The notes under the pieces are model-generated. The model was not told the DNA's origin, ran no database searches, and saw only the letters and a list, made by a program, of their open reading frames with translations. A stretch of 41,914 nucleotides of DNA from a bacterium (GTDB lineage: Bacteria; Spirochaetota; Spirochaetia; Treponematales; Rectinemataceae). The stretch lies in NCBI GenBank assembly GCA_021782015.1, contig JAJXVS010000001.1, forward strand, positions 1 through 41,914, given 5' to 3'. The position numbers were made by a program, and so were the translations under genes. Below are positions 15,049 to 22,706 of this stretch, piece by piece (positions within the stretch are counted from its first letter, which is position 1; every line of letters starts with the position of its first letter).

Positions 15049-16715
15049 TCCCGGGTTCGAAAAGCCGGAGCGGCCGGAAGGTCCGCATCCGGGTTCTCTT
15101 CGCCATTCTCGTCGCCCTCGCTGCCGGGGCTTCCTTCAGTGCCGTGCTGCTTCTCTCAAGACCCACGATTTCGGCCCTCGATCCGGCCTTTGCCGAACCG
15201 GGGGCGGTCGTCGCCATCAAGGGCTCGAACTTCGGGGCGACGCGCGGCGACTCGAGGGTCGAGGTGGATGGCGTACAACCGACCGAGACCTCCTATATCG
15301 ATTGGAGTCCTCACCGAATCTCGGTGCGATTTCCCGAGACGGTGGACTCGGGCCTCGTCTACGTGATCACTTCAAAAGGGCGGAGCAATCCCAAGCTCTT
15401 CATGAACAAGGCTCGCCTGCCCGTGGAGCCCCAGGCCGTAGCCTCGGGTGGCACGGGTCCATGGATTGGAGCGCTCTCGGCCGACAGAGGCAGCATCGGC
15501 AGCCTCCTCGCGATCAGGGGCTCCGGTTTCGGCGCACGAATGGAGGGGAGTTCCGTTCGTTTCGCCTGGAATCCCGAGGATCCCCCCGGCGCCCCCGGCC
15601 AAAGGAATTCGGCCGACACCATAGCCCCCGTCGATCCCTGGGTTGCCTATGAATCCTGGTCTGACAGCGAAATCAGGGTTCATGTGCCCGACGGAGCCGT
15701 CTCGGGGGCTGTTTTCGTGCGGACTCCGCAGGGCGATTCGAACAGCCTTTTTTTCGAAATCGCCGATCAGCCCGGTACCAAAAGGCTCTACGATCGTCGC
15801 TCCTATTCCTTCGATTACAGCGTCGCAATCTCCAAGGTGCAGGCATCGGGCGTCAATGAGCTCTGGCTGCGGGTGCCTCGCCCTGCAAGTGATACCTCAC
15901 AAGTTGTCGTGCGCAATCTCCAAGAAGACCCGACTCCCTTTGTGGAAAACGACCATGGCTTCGCCCTGTATCGCTTCAGGGATCTTCAGAACGGCCAGAA
16001 TCTCTCCATCAAACTCGGCTGGCTGGTGCAAACCTATGCCATCGAGACCAAGATCGACCCCGATCGCATCAAGATGCCCGATGCGAAAGACGCCTACATG
16101 CTGGCCTACCTTGTCCAGGATAGCCTTATTCCATCGGCGGACCCGGCCCTCATGAAACTCGCGGCCTCCATCGTGAAGGGCGAGACTAATCCTTACAAGG
16201 CTGCTAAATCCATCTACGATTGGCTCGTGCACTCCCTGCGCTGGCATGCCGGTGACGATCGTCGCGGCGCCCTCGAGGCCCTCGGTGCCCGCGAGGCCGG
16301 CTCCTGGAACTACGGCATCATCGCGACAGCCCTGCTCCGGGCCGCCGGGGTTCCGGCACTCCCCGTGGCGGGTCTCCTCGTCGATCCATCGCGCGCCACG
16401 GTCCATCATACTTGGGTTGAATTCCTGGTCCCCGGTTTCGGCTGGGTGCCGATGGATCCCATCCTCGGTTCCGGCGCCAGGCCAGGCGGTTTTCTGCCCG
16501 CATTTGACGATACGAGCAAATATTTCGGCAATCTTGATGATCGCCGCATAGCCTTTTCGCGGGGCTTTGTCGAGCTCGAGCCCATGGCCGCCAATGGTCG
16601 CCGGGCCTCTCCCGCACAGCCTGTGGCCTATCAGACCTGGTTCGAGGAGGCCGCCGGCGCCCTCGAGGCCTACAGTTCTTTCTGGTCGGACATCGAGGTG
16701 ACCGGCCTTTATTGA
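15045..16715 (+). CDS. Membrane-anchored protein with two IPT/TIG-like modules and a transglutaminase-core-like domain
   Basis: ATGA overlap with the upstream stop. There is an N-terminal TM helix (RVLFAILVALAAGASFSAVLLL). Two IPT/TIG-like segments are present (ISALDPAFAEPGAVVAIKGSNFG; IGALSADRGSIGSLLAIRGSGFG). The C-terminal block GSWNYGIIATALLRAAGVPA ... HHTWVEF ... GWVPMDP matches the transglutaminase-like core pattern except at the Cys position. Confidence 0.75.
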   Translation: MIPGSKSRSGRKVRIRVLFAILVALAAGASFSAVLLLSRPTISALDPAFAEPGAVVAIKGSNFGATRGDSRVEVDGVQPTETSYIDWSPHRISVRFPETVDSGLVYVITSKGRSNPKLFMNKARLPVEPQAVASGGTGPWIGALSADRGSIGSLLAIRGSGFGARMEGSSVRFAWNPEDPPGAPGQRNSADTIAPVDPWVAYESWSDSEIRVHVPDGAVSGAVFVRTPQGDSNSLFFEIADQPGTKRLYDRRSYSFDYSVAISKVQASGVNELWLRVPRPASDTSQVVVRNLQEDPTPFVENDHGFALYRFRDLQNGQNLSIKLGWLVQTYAIETKIDPDRIKMPDAKDAYMLAYLVQDSLIPSADPALMKLAASIVKGETNPYKAAKSIYDWLVHSLRWHAGDDRRGALEALGAREAGSWNYGIIATALLRAAGVPALPVAGLLVDPSRATVHHTWVEFLVPGFGWVPMDPILGSGARPGGFLPAFDDTSKYFGNLDDRRIAFSRGFVELEPMAANGRRASPAQPVAYQTWFEEAAGALEAYSSFWSDIEVTGLY

Positions 16716-16803
16716 GTTCTCCTTTTCTCCAATCAACTGGGGCGAAAGGGTTTACACTGTACCACTCGCCCATGGCGAAACCACGACATCTTGAGGAGGC
16801 ATC

Positions 16804-18087
16804 ATGTCCTTTGTCGAAAAGAACGATCCCGAGCTCTGGAAGGCCATGCAGCTCGAAGCCGGACGACAGCGAGACAATCTCGAACTCATTGCCAGCGAAA
16901 ACTACACTTCAAAAGCCGTCCTGGAAGCCGCCGGCTCGGTTTTAACCAATAAATATGCCGAAGGCTATCCCGCCAAGCGCTATTACGGCGGTTGTGAGTT
17001 CGTCGACATGGCGGAAAACCTCGCCCGGGATCGGGCCAAGGCTCTTTTCGGCGCCGACCACGCCAATGTGCAGCCGCATTCGGGCAGCCAGGCCAACATG
17101 GGCGTGCTCTTTTCGGTACTCAAGCCCGGCGACACCATCCTCGGCATGAACCTTGCCCATGGGGGCCACCTCACCCACGGCGCCCCCGTTTCTTTTTCCG
17201 GCAAGATGTACAAAGTTGTCAGCTACGGCGTCAACCGCGACACCGAAATGATCGACTACGAGGAAGTGGCTCGAATCGCACGCGAATCGAGGCCCCGTCT
17301 CATCATAGCCGGAGCTTCGGCCTATGCCCGCGTCCTCGATTTTGCGAAGTTCCGGGCAATCGCCGATGAGGTGGGCGCCTTTCTCATGGTCGATATGGCC
17401 CATATCGCCGGCCTCGTCGCCACCGGCTTTCATCCGAGCCCCATCTCACTCGCCGATTTTACAACCACTACAACCCACAAGACCCTGCGCGGGCCCCGGG
17501 GCGGCATGATTCTCGTCGGCCGCGATCGCGAAAACAACCTTGGATTGATGAACCCCAAGGGTGACAAGGCGAAGCTCTGGTCCGAAGTCGTCGATAGCAC
17601 CATCATGCCCGGCATTCAGGGCGGTCCCCTCATGCACATCATCGCGGCCAAGGCCGTGGCCTTCAAAGAGGCGCTCGAGCCGGGATTCAAAGAGTACATC
17701 GGCCGCGTGGTTTCGAATGCTCGGGTCCTGGCCTCGGCTCTCACCAGCGGGGGTGCGCGCATCGTTTCCGGGGGAACCGACAACCATCTCATGTTGGTCG
17801 ACCTTTCGCCCTTGGGGATCAGCGGCAAGGAAGCCGAAAAATGGCTTGACGAGGCAAACATCACCGTCAATAAAAACGGCATTCCCTTCGACCAGAAGGG
17901 TGCCTTCGTCACCTCGGGCATCCGAGTCGGCACTCCGGCGATCACAACCCGGGGCATGGGCGAAAAGGAAATGGGTCTGGTCGCCGCCTATATCATGGAT
18001 GTGCTCAAATCGAAGGGCGATCAGGCTACGATCGATCGGGTCAAGAAAGAAGTTCTCGCGCTGACAGCTCGATTCAGCCTGCCTTGA
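16804..18087 (+). CDS. glyA: Serine hydroxymethyltransferase
   Basis: 427 aa with GAGGAGG 5 nt upstream. SHMT signatures are present ([18 protein letters not shown], the [17 protein letters not shown]-lysine motif). Confidence 0.95.
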   Translation: MSFVEKNDPELWKAMQLEAGRQRDNLELIASENYTSKAVLEAAGSVLTNKYAEGYPAKRYYGGCEFVDMAENLARDRAKALFGADHANVQPHSGSQANMGVLFSVLKPGDTILGMNLAHGGHLTHGAPVSFSGKMYKVVSYGVNRDTEMIDYEEVARIARESRPRLIIAGASAYARVLDFAKFRAIADEVGAFLMVDMAHIAGLVATGFHPSPISLADFTTTTTHKTLRGPRGGMILVGRDRENNLGLMNPKGDKAKLWSEVVDSTIMPGIQGGPLMHIIAAKAVAFKEALEPGFKEYIGRVVSNARVLASALTSGGARIVSGGTDNHLMLVDLSPLGISGKEAEKWLDEANITVNKNGIPFDQKGAFVTSGIRVGTPAITTRGMGEKEMGLVAAYIMDVLKSKGDQATIDRVKKEVLALTARFSLP

Positions 18088-18112
18088 CCTGTCCTGTCGC
18101 CGACCTTACACT
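18084..18112 (+). promoter_or_regulatory. Candidate sigma-70 promoter TTGACC-N17-TACACT
   Basis: The -35 box overlaps the glyA stop codon. The predicted ~70-nt leader contains a 7-bp hairpin, GGGGAGG(18130-18136)/CCTCCCC(18144-18150), before ATG 18189. Confidence 0.5.
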
Positions 18113-18188
18113 CAAGAATGGCCACTGAAGGGGAGGATCGGCGCCTCCCCGAGGCCAAAGCTTCAACGAGGTACGGTCAGGAAGAAGC

Positions 18189-19421
18189 ATGGACAATCCG
18201 CTCCAGCTCTCGTTCGTCAATTTCAAGAAAGACAGTTATATCATTGTCGAGGGCAAGCAGAACGCCGACCGATTCTTCATCATCAGGTCGGGCAAGGTTC
18301 GGATTTCCAAGGAAACCGAGGTAGTCGACGAAGATACGGGCAACATCCTCGGTCCAGGCGAATTTTTCGGCGTCATTGCGACGATGTCGAACCACAGCCA
18401 TATCGAAACGGCCCAGGCCATCGAGGATGTGACCCTCATTTCCGTTTACCGCGACCAATTCGGGCTTCTCATCGAGAAGAACACCCCCATTGCGATGAAG
18501 ATCATCATGGTCTTTTCGCGCAAGATGCGGTATCTCGACGAAGCCTTGATGCGCCTCACCCTCAAAAAAACCGGAGACAACGATCCATCACACCTATTCA
18601 AGGTAGGTGAGTTCTACGCCCGTCAAAGCCAATACAATCTGGCGTATTTTTCCTACTACCAATATCTCAAATATTGCCCGACCGGTCCCGATGTGGCCAC
18701 GGCTCGCGATCGAATGATAAAAATCCAGCCCTATGCGAAGGCGGTTTACCTCGACGGCTCAAACGAGGAATTCAACCGGTTCTACCCGAAAGATACGATG
18801 ATTTTTCCCGAAGGCATGCCGGGCACCGAGCTCTACATCATCCAGAAAGGGCAGGTGAAAATCACCAAGATCGTGGGTGACAGCGAGATATTGCTTGCCG
18901 TTCTCAAACCAGGCGATATTTTCGGCGAAATGTCGATTCTCGAGAACAAGCCCCGCTCCGCGAGCGCGGTCGCCTTCGAAGATGCCTACCTCCTCGCGGT
19001 CAACAAGGCCAACTTCGAGAGAATGGTCAAAACCCAGCCTCAGATTGTCACTCGACTCACGACCCTGCTTTCCGAGCGTCTCTGGTTTATCTACAAGCAG
19101 CTTGCCAACACCCTCATCTCCGACCCACTGGGCAGGGTCTACGATACCTTCCAGATGACCCTTGAAAAGAACCGCGTCACCCTCAAGCCGGGTACGAGTT
19201 ACATCTTCGATTTCGGCCCCAAGGAACTTTATGGGATGATCGGCATTCCTCCCACCGAGGGAACGATGGTCATTCAGAAGCTCCTCGAAAACAACAAGAT
19301 CAGGCTCGTCGACAACAAGTTCAACGTGCTCGATCTCGCCGAAATCGAAAAACAATGCGAATACTACCGGAAAATGCAGAAGATCGAACGGGCGCGGAGG
19401 GATTCCCAGGTCCTTCGGTGA
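18189..19421 (+). CDS. Tandem cyclic-nucleotide-binding-domain protein without a recognisable output domain
   Basis: 410 aa. The second domain has a canonical phosphate-binding cassette (GDIFGEMSILENKPRSASAVA). The first domain has a degenerate cassette (GEFFGVIATMSNHSHIETAQA). Confidence 0.85.
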   Translation: MDNPLQLSFVNFKKDSYIIVEGKQNADRFFIIRSGKVRISKETEVVDEDTGNILGPGEFFGVIATMSNHSHIETAQAIEDVTLISVYRDQFGLLIEKNTPIAMKIIMVFSRKMRYLDEALMRLTLKKTGDNDPSHLFKVGEFYARQSQYNLAYFSYYQYLKYCPTGPDVATARDRMIKIQPYAKAVYLDGSNEEFNRFYPKDTMIFPEGMPGTELYIIQKGQVKITKIVGDSEILLAVLKPGDIFGEMSILENKPRSASAVAFEDAYLLAVNKANFERMVKTQPQIVTRLTTLLSERLWFIYKQLANTLISDPLGRVYDTFQMTLEKNRVTLKPGTSYIFDFGPKELYGMIGIPPTEGTMVIQKLLENNKIRLVDNKFNVLDLAEIEKQCEYYRKMQKIERARRDSQVLR

Positions 19422-20488
19422 CCACGGGTCCCGACGGGCCCTCGCTCTCCGGGCCTGACTCCCGAGAAGCCTTTATTCGCGAGGAGCTTCGGCTACAAGC
19501 CTTGGGGCTCGGCATCACGGCCGTCGCATTTTTGCCTCGCCGGGCCCTGCCTCCCTTTATCGCCCGCCACCCCGATGCCTCGCGCCGCTATGGCCTTGAT
19601 CGGGCCGGACTGGTGATGACGGCGGCCTTGGCTTTCGGCGATGGACTCGGAAGTAGTTCGAACTTCCCCAACCCATCCATGGCGAATCCATCGCCTGCGA
19701 ATCCATCGCCAAATTATCCATCCCCTCTCGCCATGATCGGCCGCTTTGCCCGTGCCAATTGGTATGCTGAGCTTGTCGAAAGATTGGGCCTTTGCGCGAA
19801 GGCCGCCCGCGCCGCCCTCGTCTCGGCCGGCTTCGAGGCGGGCAAGGCGGGGGATTGGCACCGGCTCGCGAATTCAGGCTTGCCTGAACGACCACTCGCC
19901 CTCGCCTCGGGACTCGGATCGACGGGGCGTTCGGGCCTGCTTCTTGTGCCCGGAATCGGCCCTGGCCTTGTGCTCGGCCTTTTGCTGGTGCCCATCGAAG
20001 CGCTCGGCCTGGATGGCGAAGAGGCCTTGCCGTCGCCCGAGCCAAGGGCGGCGAAACCCACGGCCGAGGAGCCAGGACTCCCTGCCCCTGGATCGATTTG
20101 CGGCAGCTGCCGCGCCTGCGTCGAGGCCTGTCCGACGGGGGCTCTGGGCGAGGATGGAAGCTTCGACAGGGAGAGCTGCATCCAGCATTGGAGTTCCAGG
20201 GAAGGCGAGTTACCTCCACGCGTTCGCGCCGCCTGGCGGGACAGTCTTTATGGCTGCGACCTGTGCACGGTTTCCTGTCCCCGCTATTCGGGAGCCGCCC
20301 CATTTTCGCCCAGCCGCGGTATTTTGGGCCCCGGATTACCGGCCGCCGACATCGCCGCATCTTCCGATGAGGAGCTCCGGGCCCGTCTGAGGGGCACGGC
20401 CCTTGGCATGAGCTGGATCGCTCCGGAGGCACTCCGGCGGAACGCCCGTCTCGTCATCGAAAAGGCGGGCGCCCATCGAGGCAGCTAA
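19418..20488 (+). CDS. queG: Epoxyqueuosine reductase-like 4Fe-4S protein
   Basis: Two ferredoxin-type motifs are present (CGSCRACVEACPTGA; GCDLCTVSCP) in QueG-like context (ESCIQHWSSREGELP). I place the start at GTG 19418, which overlaps the upstream TGA (GTGA). This start is uncertain; the track start at 19355 would overlap the previous gene by 67 nt. Confidence 0.75.
   Translation: MTTGPDGPSLSGPDSREAFIREELRLQALGLGITAVAFLPRRALPPFIARHPDASRRYGLDRAGLVMTAALAFGDGLGSSSNFPNPSMANPSPANPSPNYPSPLAMIGRFARANWYAELVERLGLCAKAARAALVSAGFEAGKAGDWHRLANSGLPERPLALASGLGSTGRSGLLLVPGIGPGLVLGLLLVPIEALGLDGEEALPSPEPRAAKPTAEEPGLPAPGSICGSCRACVEACPTGALGEDGSFDRESCIQHWSSREGELPPRVRAAWRDSLYGCDLCTVSCPRYSGAAPFSPSRGILGPGLPAADIAASSDEELRARLRGTALGMSWIAPEALRRNARLVIEKAGAHRGS
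19682..19711 (+). repeat. In-frame 15-bp tandem repeat x2 inside queG
   Basis: gcgaatccatcgcct / gcgaatccatcgcca encode ANPSP ANPSP. Degenerate NPS-like copies flank them (PNPSM.., NYPSP). Confidence 0.7.
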
Positions 20489-20490
20489 TT

Positions 20491-20587
20491 CAGGGGAAAT
20501 CGGCTCCCCAAATCGAGGCACCTGAAGCAGGGGACAGGCTCCCTAGATCGAAGCATTTGACGCAGGGGGGCAGGCTCCCTAGAATGA
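20491..20587 (+). repeat. Three tandem ~35-bp degenerate direct repeats upstream of cheW
   Basis: CAGGGG cores lie at 20491, 20528 and 20563. GGCTCCC cores lie at 20503, 20537 and 20573. The units are tcaggggaaatcggctccccaaatcgaggca / gcaggggacaggctccctagatcgaagca / gcaggggggcaggctccctagaatgataac. Confidence 0.65.
20557..20585 (+). promoter_or_regulatory. Sigma-70 promoter TTGACG-N17-TAGAAT for cheW
   Basis: Good hexamers with a 17-nt spacer coincide with the third repeat unit. GGAGG lies at 20592-20596 and the ATG at 20604. Confidence 0.6.
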
Positions 20588-20603
20588 TAACGGAGGCAAA
20601 GGC

Positions 20604-21107
20604 ATGGAGACATCGAACGCTAACCAGTTCCTCACCTTCACCCTCGATGGCGAGCAATATGCCATCGGTGTCGCCAAGGTGCGGGAGGTTTTGGAATACA
20701 CGAAAATCACACGACTTCCTCGTACATCCATTTTCATGAAGGGTATCATCAACCTTCGAGGAGCCGGCGTCCCCGTCATCGACCTCCGACTCAAGTTTGG
20801 ACTTGCCGAAACGCCGATAACCAAGGATACGAGCATCATCGTTATGGAAGTGGAGTCGGCCGAAGGAAAGGTTGTTGTCGGTGCCCTGGCCGATGCCGTT
20901 CATGAGGTCGTCGAGATAGAGGAAGGGGCCATCGAGCCCGCGCCGCGTTTCGGCACCCGTCTGGCGGCCGAGTTCATCAAGGGCGTCGGGAAGCGGGAGG
21001 AAAGCTTTGTCATTCTGCTCGACATCGACAGGGTCTTCAACGCCGAGGAAGTCTCCCTCCTCGCCCAGTCGGCCCCGCAGGAAGAAGCGGTTGGCGCCGG
21101 CGCCTAG
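20604..21107 (+). CDS. cheW: Chemotaxis coupling protein CheW
   Basis: 167 aa with a typical CheW sequence (QFLTFTLDGEQYAIGVAKVREVLEY.., IINLRGAGVPVIDLRLKFGL). Confidence 0.9.
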   Translation: METSNANQFLTFTLDGEQYAIGVAKVREVLEYTKITRLPRTSIFMKGIINLRGAGVPVIDLRLKFGLAETPITKDTSIIVMEVESAEGKVVVGALADAVHEVVEIEEGAIEPAPRFGTRLAAEFIKGVGKREESFVILLDIDRVFNAEEVSLLAQSAPQEEAVGAGA

Positions 21108-21149
21108 GCGCAGCCTCGCCCCGCCTCATTCGAACAGGCCCTCCATTCG

Positions 21150-22451
21150 ATGATCGATCTCGGCCCACTCGTCAACAAGACGGTGGACTTCCGCTTTCAT
21201 GGAGCCGATCTCAGGCTTGACCTTTCCCATGCCCTTTTTTCGTCCTTCGACATCGATGTCGGTACGCGACTCCTTTTCAAGGCGGTGGGCCGCGATGAGG
21301 TATTGGCTTCCGCCCGTCGCGTGCTGGATGCCGGTTCTGGCATCGGCGTCATCGGACTCGGGGTGGCGGCCGCCTTTCCCTCCTGCGAGGCGACACTCCG
21401 CGACCGCGATCTTCTGGCGGTCGCCTTTTCGGAGCGGAACCGGGCGCGCAATAAAATCTCAAACGCGAAGGTTGAGGCCGGCCTAATCGGTTCGGGGAGC
21501 ATCGGAGGGCCCTGGGATTACATCCTCTCCAACATTCCCGCCAAGGCCGGGGGCCCGGTCATCAACGCCTTTCTCGAGGAGGCCACGAGGGCCCTCTCTC
21601 CGGGCGGCCGCCTCGCCGTGGTCATCGTGAAGCCCCTTGTGGCCGATTTCGAAAAGCTCCTCGCGACCCTGGGCCTCGGCGTTCTCGCGATGGAGAGGGG
21701 GTCGATGCACCGAGCCTATGTGCTTCAGCCGAAAAAAGAGAATTCCGATGCCCCCCCTCCCCCGATGCTCGGCGAGGGGCGCCCTGCCATCGCGGAATTT
21801 CCCCCTGTCTCCGGAGCTCCTCAGGGCCAGGTCTCGGTATTCGATGAGGGCTTCTTCGACCTTGCCGCGTATCGACGAAGGTCGGGAGACTTTCGCGTTC
21901 TCGGCAAAGCCTACAAGGCGAGCGGCTATTGGAGCCTGCCCGATTTCGACACCATCGGTTTTCCCCAGCTTGCCGCTGCAGAGGTGCTCGGGCGTTTCGC
22001 ATCGGGAAAGCCCGTCGAAAAGGCCTTGATCATCAACCCGGGTATCGGCCACCTCGCCATGTGGCTGGCCCTCGCTTTTGGGCCCCCTTCGATTGGGCTC
22101 GCTTCCCGCGACCTCCTCTCCGTGGTCGCCGCTCGTGAAAACCTGAACCTCCTCCTCCACGAAAGGGACCTGCAGACCTCTTCGTCCATCCTGGATATCC
22201 ACAACCTCGACCCCGCCATCCTGGGCCCTCTTGATCTTATCGTTGAGTTTGGCGATCCCGTGCCGGAATACGATTGGATTGCCGACAGTTGGGCGAGGGC
22301 GACCAGTCTTCTCGCCCCCGGAGGCCTTTTGGTCGTGGCCGCCCCGCCCACCGAAGCGGTTCGACTGGAAAAGCGGCGGCCGGAAGGCTTTCGCCTCCTC
22401 GGCGAAAAGCGGAAGAAGGGCAGTGTCGCCGTGGCCTGGCGTCGCATCTGA
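21150..22451 (+). CDS. Class I SAM-dependent methyltransferase with duplicated (RsmC/RlmG-like) domain architecture
   Basis: 433 aa. The N-terminal half has motif I (VLDAGSGIGVIGL) and an NPPY-like motif IV (LSNIPAKAG). The C-terminal half is a degenerate second MTase-like domain (LIINPGIGHLAMW .. VEFGDPVPEY .. LLAPGGLLVV). Confidence 0.7.
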   Translation: MIDLGPLVNKTVDFRFHGADLRLDLSHALFSSFDIDVGTRLLFKAVGRDEVLASARRVLDAGSGIGVIGLGVAAAFPSCEATLRDRDLLAVAFSERNRARNKISNAKVEAGLIGSGSIGGPWDYILSNIPAKAGGPVINAFLEEATRALSPGGRLAVVIVKPLVADFEKLLATLGLGVLAMERGSMHRAYVLQPKKENSDAPPPPMLGEGRPAIAEFPPVSGAPQGQVSVFDEGFFDLAAYRRRSGDFRVLGKAYKASGYWSLPDFDTIGFPQLAAAEVLGRFASGKPVEKALIINPGIGHLAMWLALAFGPPSIGLASRDLLSVVAARENLNLLLHERDLQTSSSILDIHNLDPAILGPLDLIVEFGDPVPEYDWIADSWARATSLLAPGGLLVVAAPPTEAVRLEKRRPEGFRLLGEKRKKGSVAVAWRRI

Positions 22452-22463
22452 GATTCGGGAAAT

Positions 22464-22508
22464 GCGCCCTGCGGGCCGGCGCCCTGCGGGCCGGCGGCCT
22501 GCCCGAGC
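22464..22508 (+). repeat. GC-rich 15-bp tandem repeat (2 perfect copies plus a degenerate third)
   Basis: gcgccctgcgggccg occurs twice (22464-22478 and 22479-22493), followed by gcggcctgcccgagc. Each unit contains a small GCCC-TGC-GGGC hairpin. The repeat starts 13 nt after the methyltransferase stop. Confidence 0.6.
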
Positions 22509-22608
22509 TGCGGTGCCGTAGCCCTTGGAGCGGCAGGTTGTGGGACAAAGCCCCACCTTGCCAATATCGCATTTAGGGTGTAGACCAAATTCGCCTTCTC
22601 CGAAAAAC

Positions 22609-22621
22609 GAAACGACGTTTC
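22609..22621. promoter_or_regulatory. Perfect 13-bp palindrome GAAACG-A-CGTTTC upstream of pckG (candidate operator)
   Basis: It lies in the AT-rich stretch 86-98 nt upstream of ATG 22707. A direct AACGAAA(A)CG copy occurs 20 bp downstream (22625-22634). The half-sites resemble LacI/Cra-type GAAAC/GTTTC arms but the spacing is unusual. Confidence 0.3.
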
Positions 22622-22706
22622 AATAACGAAAACGCAATGTCCCTTTCAGGGGGCAATGCGTGGGTGAAGGCAGAGCTATTCGAATATCCAGCAAGGAGAA
22701 ATTCGT

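Noticed and set aside
15053-15062. GGGTTCGAAA, which resembles a tRNA T-loop. A similar TTCGAATCC occurs at 40504-40512.
   Set aside because: Both lie inside coding sequence (the start of the IPT/TIG gene, and the sORF). No acceptor, D or anticodon arms can be folded around them.
16716-16803. Structured-looking glyA leader (GGGCGA..TCGCCC stem, GGCGAAA twice), considered as a ZTP/THF/glycine-type riboswitch because glyA is a frequent target.
   Set aside because: It has only 88 nt, and the conserved ZTP pseudoknot strings I recall (ACUGGCG / CCGCCUGGGC) are not matched. This cannot be supported without an Infernal scan.
21150-22451. The idea that the methyltransferase 42 nt downstream of cheW is a CheR substitute, forming a novel chemotaxis methylation system.
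   Set aside because: Its motif IV (SNIPAK, NPPY-like) and duplicated-domain architecture point to N-methylation enzymes of the RsmC/RlmG/PrmC type, not glutamate O-methyltransferases. Adjacency alone is weak evidence.
22464-22508. A GC-rich direct repeat, considered as a possible CRISPR or REP array.
   Set aside because: There are only about 2.3 contiguous 15-bp units with no spacers, and no cas genes are nearby. It is a simple tandem repeat.
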